Shown here: piece by piece, positions 53,967-62,355 of the stretch
How positions within the stretch are numbered: the first letter of the stretch is position 1
How the letters are laid out: every line of letters starts with the position of its first letter
Assembly: GCA_021604665.1 (NCBI GenBank)
Contig: BQJK01000001.1
Span: forward strand, 956,419 to 1,020,418
Source of the DNA: Rhodomicrobium sp.
GTDB lineage: Bacteria; Pseudomonadota; Alphaproteobacteria; Rhizobiales; HXMU1428-3
Reading direction: 5' to 3'
DNA: 64,000 nt
Program-made: the position numbers and the translations under genes
Notes under the pieces: model-generated
Told to the model about the DNA's origin: nothing
Databases searched by the model: none
Seen by the model: only the letters and a program-made list of their open reading frames with translations

Positions 53967-54995
53967 CTACTCAGCCTTTTGCTCGGTTTCAACCGGTTGA
54001 GAGATATCACCCGTCAGCCAGAAGGTACCAGGACTTAGCGTTTTGGAATTGCCCACAAGTTTGCGGCCTCCAAGTTCCACCAGTACATTAAAAAGCCTTG
54101 CAACATCCGCCCGCTCAACAACAAGCGGCCGCCTGAGAATACCTATGCGAAATGATTTTTTCAGCGCTTCAAATGTTGCCTCATCTTCAGCCTTCATACG
54201 GGGGCGAATTTCCTCCCAGATGGCTTCATCCTTATCAAGAATTGCAATAGCATCCTGAATAGCTGAGAGAAACCCTCTTATTTGATCTTCATTGGCAGCG
54301 GCCCATTTATCGTGAAAAGCAAAGCCAATAGCGACAGTCGGGCCAGAAGTGCCAAGTCCGGTCATCACATCACCAACAGATAAAAGTGAGCGAAAACCTT
54401 TAGCTTCCAAACGCGCACTAAAATGCCAAAAGTTCAGAATAGCATCAAACTCACCGCGGATCATTTTCTGTGTCAACAAGGGCGGCGCCCCGTAAACAGG
54501 TGTCACGATCTCAGCAAGATCAACGCCAATAGTTTGCTTGGCGTAAGCGCGAAGGAACAACCAGCTTTTATCAAGCGGACCACCGGCAACGCCGAGTGTT
54601 TTACCCTTTAAATCCTCAAGCGACTTAATCGGAGACTCTGCCGCCACCATCAAATGACCAACAGCTGAACTATAAGGCACCATGGCAAAATCTGCGCCTT
54701 CAGCACGTTGCCTCGATATCCAGGTCCAGTCAGTTGCAACAATATCAGCCGAACCGCCCTGCAGAGCAATCTTGGCCCCATTCGTGTTCGCAAGCGGAAT
54801 AACACTCAACTTAAAGTTATGCTTCTCATCAAGTTTGCGCAGCTTCACCGTGTCCAGAACCCAGTTAACCGTTCCAAATTTTAAAGTCGCAACTCTGAGG
54901 GCATCAGCTGCTTGAGCTGGATTATTGCAGGCACTGCCGAAGCTAAGACATAAAACAACTAGGATGAGAGAGGTTAATCGCAAAATTGTCGTCAT
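53967..54995 (-). CDS. ABC transporter substrate-binding protein, NitT/TauT family (subtype seen with PQQ-ADH / lanthanide-uptake loci)
   Basis: Signal peptide; KFGTVNW, DWTWISRQR, PYSSAVG, GGPLDKSWL, YGAPPLL, LNFWHFSARLE; subtype call from memory. Confidence 0.8.
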   Translation of the reverse strand: MTTILRLTSLILVVLCLSFGSACNNPAQAADALRVATLKFGTVNWVLDTVKLRKLDEKHNFKLSVIPLANTNGAKIALQGGSADIVATDWTWISRQRAEGADFAMVPYSSAVGHLMVAAESPIKSLEDLKGKTLGVAGGPLDKSWLFLRAYAKQTIGVDLAEIVTPVYGAPPLLTQKMIRGEFDAILNFWHFSARLEAKGFRSLLSVGDVMTGLGTSGPTVAIGFAFHDKWAAANEDQIRGFLSAIQDAIAILDKDEAIWEEIRPRMKAEDEATFEALKKSFRIGILRRPLVVERADVARLFNVLVELGGRKLVGNSKTLSPGTFWLTGDISQPVETEQKAE

Positions 54996-55153
54996 ATATA
55001 TAGACACCTATTCGATAGAATTTGTTATGTCTGAAGGGCTGAACGCCCTTTGCTGGCGGTCTTTTACTAATTTATTTAGCTTTATTTTTGGCCATAATTT
55101 TCAGACCAAACTTTTCTCTAGAGAGACCATGCTTCCTGTAACCACCTATCTTT

Positions 55154-55183
55154 AAACCCAGTCACTTAAAACCCAGTCACTTA
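55154..55183. repeat. Perfect 15-bp tandem duplication AAACCCAGTCACTTA x2
   Basis: 55154-55168 and 55169-55183, in the divergent promoter region. Confidence 0.95.
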
Positions 55184-55446
55184 TCATGATTGTCTAGTTC
55201 AAAACCATCATCACCCTAAAATGGATAGGGGTAGCACTGGAAATTGCACAACCACATATTACATATGCACCTAACGTTTATGCACTTATTAAACTGGTTA
55301 CGTAAAAACTGGCGTTAACTAACTTAAGGTTCAAGCCAGAATGGCTAATATAGACAGAGTGGCGAAACTATCCAGATGGTTGGCACATATGCCAACCCCA
55401 CTAGCCTCAATAATCAATAACCTAACGTAGGGGTCTTGAGAAAATA

Positions 55447-56154
55447 ATGAGAAACAAGATCTTAAGCCTATTCATCTTTATGATGGGGCTATTCGCAGCA
55501 CTTACCACACCGCTCCTCACAGCGCGGGCTGACGACACCTCAGAAAAGCAACGCCAAACCAACACCCCAAGCCTCAAAACCCCAAAGCGCGAATTAAAAA
55601 TCACAAAAGGTGCTGAGCCACCAATAATTTGGCACAAACGATACCGCCACATAGATAAAGTAACAGGGCTAAGAACCGCCTATTACCGTGCGGCGCTCCC
55701 CCCCAAAGTGCCCGGCGGCACACGAATAGATGTAAAACAGGCCTATGATCATTACAAAAACAAAGACGCGCTTTTTATTGATGTAATGGCCCACACAGGC
55801 ACCGGCCCGGACCCAATAGATGGCTATTGGCGGCTTTCAGAACCGCGAAGCAATATACCGGATAGCTATTGGCTGGCAGATGTTGGCACAGGCACCCTCA
55901 CACCTGAAATGCAGCACTATTATAAAGAGAACCTAAGGAAGATAACAGGCGGCGATAAAACAAAAGCGCTCATTCTCTATTGCACCGCAGATTGCTGGAT
56001 GGCGTGGAATGCCGTGCGGCGAGCGTCTCGCCTTGGTTACACAAATCTGCTCTGGTTCCCAGAAGGCAGCGACGAATGGAGCGCCGCCGGTTATCCATTA
56101 AAAAACTCTATCCCGATACCGCTGGACTTAGATGAAAACATAGAGGAAGAATGA
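55447..56154 (+). CDS. Exported rhodanese-like protein, PQQ-dependent catabolism-associated CXXCW type
   Basis: Signal peptide; YYRAALP..VPGG, FIDVM, IPDSYWLADVG, LYCTADCWMAWNAVRRA, WFPEGSDEW. Confidence 0.85.
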   Translation: MRNKILSLFIFMMGLFAALTTPLLTARADDTSEKQRQTNTPSLKTPKRELKITKGAEPPIIWHKRYRHIDKVTGLRTAYYRAALPPKVPGGTRIDVKQAYDHYKNKDALFIDVMAHTGTGPDPIDGYWRLSEPRSNIPDSYWLADVGTGTLTPEMQHYYKENLRKITGGDKTKALILYCTADCWMAWNAVRRASRLGYTNLLWFPEGSDEWSAAGYPLKNSIPIPLDLDENIEEE

Positions 56155-56384
56155 ATTCACATTCTTCAGCCTGGCCCCCAAATCATTTGGCAGCAGCCTT
56201 CAAACAAAACAGCTGGAAGATGAATCACATGCTGTTTTAGAGTTACAGCCATCACATTCACGTGAAGCATTCGACTTTACGCCAATATCAGAGAGCATTT
56301 AGCAAGCTCCGCGCTAGACCAGCTCGCTCCCCCCCCATAAACTTCATTACAATATTCTCAAATCTGCACACCACAACTGTGCAG

Positions 56385-56414
56385 AACACAACAATGCGTA
56401 ACACAACACTGCGT
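56385..56414. repeat. 15-bp tandem duplication AACACAACA(A/C)TGCGT x2 next to an 8-bp hairpin
   Basis: Units 56385-56399 and 56400-56414; TCTGCACA/TGTGCAGA at 56363-56385. Confidence 0.85.
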
Positions 56415-56654
56415 AATAAAGATACCAGCAGTGAAACCATACCTGGTCCCAGCACCGCATTAGGAACTGCCCTCTAAAGCATTGCGCAACCGACTTAACA
56501 AACAAATGAATGAGGCAACACAGAACCAAGCCACTACAGAGATAATTCACAGCCCCTCAAGGGCCGTAAGACAGCAAGTAAATAGAGATAAAACCACCAA
56601 GCTATCGCAACAATAAATAACAGGGCCAAAACAGGCCCATTGGGAGCATAATAA

Positions 56655-57263
56655 ATGACGACGCCCTCCACTATAATAAAGAGAAGATCAAAACGCCTGT
56701 TTCTCCCAGCGCTCGCCCTCCTGGCGGCGCTGAGTACCCTGCCAATAACAACAGCCTCCTTTGCAGCAGATGACACTGCAAGCGAAACAAAAAAAGTCAC
56801 CCTCATTGGCAAGGATGGCAGCCGCCTGGAAATTGCCAGCGTCACCCTTACAAAGACTGAGGAAGGCGAAAAAATCAGCATAAACTTCATCGAAGATCGC
56901 TTTTCAGAACATTTCCTCTCCATGCGGCCTTTCAAGTGCATAGATGGCGACCAAACCCTCTGTCACTTGCCCTACCCCTATAAAACCAAAGACATTATCA
57001 CCAAAGATAATTTGATGGACCTCGAATATAAGCTGCTCTTCATCCATAAGGGTGCCGGCGAATATGGCATTAACTTTTGGAATGGCGTTTATTATCGCCT
57101 AAAACGCGAACATGATGGCAGCTTCACAGGTGTCGTATGGGAAACAGATATGGACGAGCTTGCCGCCCCGCCGGAAGTAGAATACTCGCGCCCAATCGGT
57201 GGTGATGACCTTTCAGAAGGCGCTGAAGGAAAGCACCGCTATCCACTTGTAGAAATCAAATAG
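56655..57263 (+). CDS. Conserved exported protein of unknown function
   Basis: Signal peptide (RR-containing n-region); HFLSMRPFKC, DLEYKLLF, YGINFWNGVYY, ETDMDELAAPP motifs that I associate with PQQ-ADH neighbourhoods. Confidence 0.75.
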   Translation: MTTPSTIIKRRSKRLFLPALALLAALSTLPITTASFAADDTASETKKVTLIGKDGSRLEIASVTLTKTEEGEKISINFIEDRFSEHFLSMRPFKCIDGDQTLCHLPYPYKTKDIITKDNLMDLEYKLLFIHKGAGEYGINFWNGVYYRLKREHDGSFTGVVWETDMDELAAPPEVEYSRPIGGDDLSEGAEGKHRYPLVEIK

Positions 57264-58131
57264 CTTGATCGTCAAAGGTAATGAATATAGCAGCAGCAAC
57301 TGGGATAACTGACGGCAAGTTGGCACAAAGCAACCGCACTTTCATGTCATTATATGCAATTATAACATATGTGACCAAGCGCTAGGGGCAAACACTATAC
57401 CTTCGCATTAAAGCCCCCTTTAGAGCCTCGTCGAGCCTGTTGAGTTATGCTAACATCGACAACAAGGAACCATGATATTCATGTGTTTTCATGCCTGTAG
57501 CTTCTAAAACATTTGGTGCAGAATCAATCGCTTAAAACCTCACCGGCAAGGTAAAATTTAAACCTCCTTACCGATGAACAGAGCCCGGATTGAGACCAAA
57601 CCATTTTCAGACCTTGTTTGTATGAGACTACAAAACAATGAGACCATGAAAGTGTATTTAAAAGAGTTCCAGTTACTAGTCTGTAATTCATCCACGAAAG
57701 GGAGGTTGTCATAAATAACCCTAAAGGGCTTACTCACTAAATCTCAGAATTTCCCTATAGCTCATCATCTATTATTGTTCCCAATCGCTTGGGGCCACAA
57801 ATACCGGCCCTGCTAACAAGCCACAAAGAACACTGGATTGAACTGAGCTGGATTTATTTAGCGTCTGCTAAATTAAGAGCCGTGATTTTAGTGATAGACC
57901 TGACAAAAACGTCAAAACGCATGTGGTTATTTAAAGACATATAACAAAGGCAGTCGCCGCTATTACTGAGCAATCAGCTAAGCACCGGCACCATAAAGCC
58001 TTGAGACCTCTCAATAAAAAGAAGATGAAAAAACAGAATTTGGCCGTCGCTAGCATAACAGCTGCTGGGGCCAAACTGTACATAAGAGAGAAGTTGCTTT
58101 TAAAGCATAGAAAAAATTAAGGAGGGCGCTC

Positions 58132-58608
58132 ATGCAGCTCGCGCTGGTATTAGATCCCGCAAAGTGCACATCGTGCAAACAATGCGAAATGGCTTGTGCC
58201 TACGAGAACGAACAAACATTCAACCCGGCTAAATCCCGAATTCGTATTTTCGATTTCCATGAAGATGGCCGCTTTGTACCCTACACCTGCACCCAGTGCG
58301 ATGAAGCCTGGTGTCAGCAAGCCTGCCCGGTTAACGCCATCACCACAGACCCTGCCACCGGCGTTAAGCTGGTACATGATAATCTCTGCGTTGGCTGTAA
58401 AGTCTGCACAATCGCCTGCCCATTCGGCACCGTGAATTACAATGCAGCAACCGGCAAAGTAATCAAATGCGACCTATGCATGGGCGATCCAGCCTGCGCG
58501 AAAGCCTGCCCGACTGGCGCCATCACCTATTCAGATGTTGAGCAAGCAGGGTTTGACAAAATGAGAGCCTGGGCCGCCAAAACGGATTCCGGCGCACAAG
58601 CAACGTAA
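58132..58608 (+). CDS. aorA: 4x[4Fe-4S] polyferredoxin subunit of tungsten aldehyde oxidoreductase
   Basis: 16 Cys in four ferredoxin motifs; C-terminal helix GFDKMRAWAAK; AAGGAGG SD. Confidence 0.9.
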   Translation: MQLALVLDPAKCTSCKQCEMACAYENEQTFNPAKSRIRIFDFHEDGRFVPYTCTQCDEAWCQQACPVNAITTDPATGVKLVHDNLCVGCKVCTIACPFGTVNYNAATGKVIKCDLCMGDPACAKACPTGAITYSDVEQAGFDKMRAWAAKTDSGAQAT

Positions 58609-58672
58609 ACTATATGCGCCCATACCTGGCACAGCTTACGGCAAATAAAATTTCGTCAAGGGAGATGTCCTC

Positions 58673-60526
58673 ATGGCTTGGACACGAAAAGTACTAAGAA
58701 TTAATCTCACTTCAGGTGAGATCACAACTGAGCCCCTAAATATGGAATGGGCTCAAAAATATCTCGGTCAGCGCGGTCTGGCGACAAAATACCTAGTGGA
58801 AGAAACAGACCCGAAGGTTGATCCGCTTTCACCAGATAACAAAATGATCTTCGCAACCGGCCCGCTTACCGGCACATGCGCCTCAACAGGCGGCCGTTAT
58901 TCTGTCATCACCAAAGGCCCGCTTACAGGCGCAATCGCCTGCTCCAATTCAGGCGGTTACTTCGGACCAGAGCTTAAATTCTCTGGCTATGACATGGTCA
59001 TCCTTGAAGGCAAATCACCAAAACCGGTTTACCTCTCAATCTTTGATGACAAAGTAAAACTTCGCGATGCGTCTCATCTTTGGGGCAAATCTGTGTGGGA
59101 TACTGATGATGCTATTAAAGCTGAAGTCCAGGATCCGCTCGCCCACGTTGCCGCCATTGGCGTCTCCGGCGAAAAAGGTGTGCTCTACTCTTGCATCGTC
59201 AACAACAAGCACCGGGCAGCCGGTCGCTCAGGTGTTGGTGCTGTAATGGGCTCCAAAAACCTGAAGGCAATTGTCGCCAGAGGGTCAAACGGTGTCACCG
59301 TTGAGCAGCCACAGGAATTCTTTGCAGCCACTGATGCCGGCAAAAAAGTTCTGAAAGAGAATGCCGTGACAGGTGAAGGCCTCCCAGCTTTCGGCACGCA
59401 GGTTCTAATGAACGTCATCAACGAAACAGGCGCCATGCCAACCCGCAACTGCCGGGATGTTCAGTTTGAAGGCGCGCATGACATTTCAGCTGAAGCCATG
59501 GCAGAGCCGCGCCGCTCAGATGGCAAAGCTAACCTTTCAACAAACCAGGGCTGTTTTGCCTGCACCATCGCCTGTGGTCGTGTTTCCACTATCGACCCGC
59601 AGCACTACACCCTGCAAGGCGAAGGCAAGGATCAATATAAGCACGCCTCAGGTGGCCTTGAATATGAAGCAGCCTGGGCCCTTGGTTCCGCCACAGGTGT
59701 TAACGATCTAGACGCGCTGACATATGCTCAGTTCCTTTGCAACGAACATGGCCTCGACCCGATTTCACTCGGCGCGACCATTGCAGCAGCTATGGACCTC
59801 TATGAAGAGGGTGTCATCAACCAGGATATCACTGGTGGGCTAGACCTGCGCTTCGGCAATGCAAAAGCATTGACAGAAGCAGTAGAGCTAACCGGCACAG
59901 CTGAAGGTTTTGGTGTCGAGCTTGGCCTCGGCTCTGCCCGCCTATGTGCCAAATATGGCCGCCCGGATCTATCCATGACGGTTAAAAAGCAGGAATTCCC
60001 TGCTTATGACCCACGCGGCATTCAAGGCATGGGCCTCACCTATGCCACTTCCAACCGTGGTGCTTGTCACCTTCGCTCCTACACAGTGTCATCAGAAGTG
60101 CTTGGCATTCCTGAAAAAACTGACCCACTGGTAACTGAAGGTAAGGCCGCCCTTGTGAAAGCCTTCCAGGACGCCACAGCCGCTGTCGATAGCGCAGGTA
60201 TCTGCGTCTTCACGACCTTCGCCTGGACAATGGAAGACATTGCCCCTCAGGTGAATGCAGCTTGTGAAGGCAATTGGTCCGTTGATGCACTGATGGAAGT
60301 CGGTGAACGCATCTGGAATCTTGAGCGTCAGTATAATATGGCCGCTGGTATCCTCGGCGACCAGGACACCCTACCGCAGCGTCTTCTTAAAGAAGCCGCT
60401 AAAGTTGGCCCGGCTCAAGGACTGGTGAATGGCCTCGATAAAATGCTGCCAGAATATTACGAGCTTCGTGGCTGGTCTACAGATGGCACACCAACAGGTG
60501 AAACGATCTCTCGTTTAGGCCTGTAA
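58673..60526 (+). CDS. aorB: Tungsten-containing aldehyde:ferredoxin oxidoreductase catalytic subunit (AOR/WOR family)
   Basis: KGPLTGAIACSNSGG, HRAAGRSGVGAVMGSKNLKA, CFACTIACGR, EYE, GLDPIS, VKKQEFPAYDPRG, SNRGACHL, YYELRGW. Confidence 0.95.
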   Translation: MAWTRKVLRINLTSGEITTEPLNMEWAQKYLGQRGLATKYLVEETDPKVDPLSPDNKMIFATGPLTGTCASTGGRYSVITKGPLTGAIACSNSGGYFGPELKFSGYDMVILEGKSPKPVYLSIFDDKVKLRDASHLWGKSVWDTDDAIKAEVQDPLAHVAAIGVSGEKGVLYSCIVNNKHRAAGRSGVGAVMGSKNLKAIVARGSNGVTVEQPQEFFAATDAGKKVLKENAVTGEGLPAFGTQVLMNVINETGAMPTRNCRDVQFEGAHDISAEAMAEPRRSDGKANLSTNQGCFACTIACGRVSTIDPQHYTLQGEGKDQYKHASGGLEYEAAWALGSATGVNDLDALTYAQFLCNEHGLDPISLGATIAAAMDLYEEGVINQDITGGLDLRFGNAKALTEAVELTGTAEGFGVELGLGSARLCAKYGRPDLSMTVKKQEFPAYDPRGIQGMGLTYATSNRGACHLRSYTVSSEVLGIPEKTDPLVTEGKAALVKAFQDATAAVDSAGICVFTTFAWTMEDIAPQVNAACEGNWSVDALMEVGERIWNLERQYNMAAGILGDQDTLPQRLLKEAAKVGPAQGLVNGLDKMLPEYYELRGWSTDGTPTGETISRLGL

Positions 60527-60537
60527 CAATTAAAAAA

Positions 60538-60569
60538 GCGGCCCCAGCCATAAGCGCGGGGCCGTTTTT
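60538..60569 (+). terminator. Terminator-like hairpin between aorB and aorC
   Basis: GCGGCCCC-N12-GGGGCCGT followed by T4. Confidence 0.65.
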
Positions 60570-60776
60570 CAACCTAATAAATACATAAGAAATAGCGATA
60601 GGTTGTTCACCTCTTAACAGAAGGCAAAAATGCCTAAAGAGGTCTTTGAATATAGGGGAAGTGTTCTTTTAACTGGCCGGGAATAGGACGCCTGGGCAAA
60701 ACCATCTTGCCAGACGACCCGGCCCCCTCATTCAAAAGACGGTTCAACCGACAACATATATTAAAGGAATGCTGCC

Positions 60777-62033
60777 ATGCATTATCTTGTTTTGGGGGCC
60801 GGCCCTGCTGGCGTAACAGCCGCGGAAACCCTACGCAAACATGACAAATCCGCCAAAATCACTCTCCTCGGCGGCGAGCCGGAACCACCCTATTCTCGCA
60901 TGGCCATCCCCTATTATCTGATTGAAAAAGTCGGTGAAGACGGCACATATCTCCGCCAGACAGAAGGCCATTATGAACAGCATGGCATTGATTATGTCCA
61001 TGGCACTGCTGTTGCGCTCCAGGGCAAGGCAAAACGCCTGAAGCTAGAAGATGGCTCCGAACTCCAGTATGACAAACTACTGATCTGTACTGGCGCCAGC
61101 CCAATCTCCCCGCCGGTCCCGGGCCTTGATCGCCCCGGCATACATAATTGCTGGACCCTGGAAGATGCCCGCCACATCGCAGAGCTCTCACAAAAAGGCG
61201 ACCCTGTCGTACTAATGGGCGCAGGCTTCATCGGCTCCATCATCCTCGAAGCGCTCGCCCTTAAAGGCGTAAACCTAACAGTGGTTGAGATGGGAGACCG
61301 CATGGTCCCACGCATGCTGGATGAAACAGCCGGCAACATGCTGAAAGATTGGTGCATAGATAAAGGCGTCCGCGTCCTGACCAGCACCCAGATTTCAGAA
61401 GTCACAGATGGCTCTGAAGGCTTAACAGTTCACACCAAAGGCGGCGAAGCGCTAGATGCAAGATTATTGGTTGTCGCCGCGGGCGTGCAACCCAATATCA
61501 GCTTCCTTGCCTCAAGCGGTGTAGAAATCGACCACGGCATCATCGTTGATCAATATATGCGCACCAGCGTACCAGATGTTTACGCCGCAGGTGATGTTTG
61601 CCAGGCAATCGACTTCTCAACTCAAAAAGCTGAAATGCTGGCCATTCAGCCTGTAGCCGTAGAGCATGGCCGCATTGCCGCACAAAACATGGCCGGCAAA
61701 CCAACCCCCCATGAAGGCAGCCTGAATATGAACGTGCTTGAAGCCATGGGCCTCATCACAGCCTCCTTCGGTCTCTGGATGGGCGTTGAAGGCGGCGATA
61801 GCTGCCGCATGCATGACCCGGAGAACAACCGCTACTTACGGCTGGAGTTTGATGGCAACAAACTGGTGGGCGGCCAATCTGTAGGGTTAACCGAACATGT
61901 CGGCATGTTGCGCGGCCTCATCCAAACCGAGCTGGACCTTGGCGAATGGAAGAATAAGCTCATGAAATCACCAGAGCGCCTACCAGAAGCATATGTCGCT
62001 GTAGCCCAGCACAACTTTAACATTTCAGCTTAA
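60777..62033 (+). CDS. aorC: FAD/NAD(H)-dependent oxidoreductase subunit of AOR
   Basis: GAGPAG FAD motif, GAGFIG NAD motif, YAAGDV; AAGGA SD; position after aorB. Confidence 0.88.
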   Translation: MHYLVLGAGPAGVTAAETLRKHDKSAKITLLGGEPEPPYSRMAIPYYLIEKVGEDGTYLRQTEGHYEQHGIDYVHGTAVALQGKAKRLKLEDGSELQYDKLLICTGASPISPPVPGLDRPGIHNCWTLEDARHIAELSQKGDPVVLMGAGFIGSIILEALALKGVNLTVVEMGDRMVPRMLDETAGNMLKDWCIDKGVRVLTSTQISEVTDGSEGLTVHTKGGEALDARLLVVAAGVQPNISFLASSGVEIDHGIIVDQYMRTSVPDVYAAGDVCQAIDFSTQKAEMLAIQPVAVEHGRIAAQNMAGKPTPHEGSLNMNVLEAMGLITASFGLWMGVEGGDSCRMHDPENNRYLRLEFDGNKLVGGQSVGLTEHVGMLRGLIQTELDLGEWKNKLMKSPERLPEAYVAVAQHNFNISA

Positions 62034-62086
62034 TAATAAGGCTTTAAAAGCATAATAAGCAGTGATTACACACTGCACTTTCTCTC

Positions 62087-62123
62087 ACCGCCTCAGGGCA
62101 TTGCCCTGTTGGCGGTTTTTTTT
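62087..62123 (+). terminator. Intrinsic terminator after aorC
   Basis: ACCGCC-T-CAGGGC-ATT-GCCCTG-TT-GGCGGT followed by a long T-run. Confidence 0.85.
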
Positions 62124-62269
62124 AAGTTAAACTCTCTAAGGAACCGACTTGTAAATCTCATAGTTTTTTCAGAGCTTTATCATTTTCTGTTGAGTTTAAG
62201 TCACGACATCTACCCATTTTCGTTTAAAAAACACAATCCTGCCTCAATAAGCTTCCCCCCCTTGCAAAT

Positions 62270-62285
62270 GTTAAGTATCCATTAA
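62270..62285. promoter_or_regulatory. CtrA-consensus box upstream of the acidic beta-barrel gene
   Basis: GTTAA-GTATCCA-TTAA (TTAA-N7-TTAAC on the minus strand), 70 bp before the ATG, adjacent to TTGCAA. Confidence 0.45.
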
Positions 62286-62355
62286 AGTCAACGTATCATG
62301 GCGTTGCTACTTTAAAACAAGCAGCCTGTTACCATTACTTTTTGGGGGATAATTA

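Noticed and set aside
56534-56941. 135-aa minus-strand ORF
   Set aside because: Antisense shadow of the exported-protein gene, with no motif.
57574-57714. 46-codon plus-strand ORF in the aorA upstream spacer
   Set aside because: No SD, no recognisable motif, spacer-like composition.
57900-58131. Moco/Tuco riboswitch or sigma54 promoter upstream of aorA
   Set aside because: Hallmark GCCUCCCG...GGAAAGG elements are absent; candidate GG/GC pairs are spaced 9 rather than 10 nt.
60600-60730. c-di-GMP-I or fluoride riboswitch before aorC
   Set aside because: Only fragments (GGCAAA, GCCTAAA) in the wrong order; kept only as an unexplained structure.
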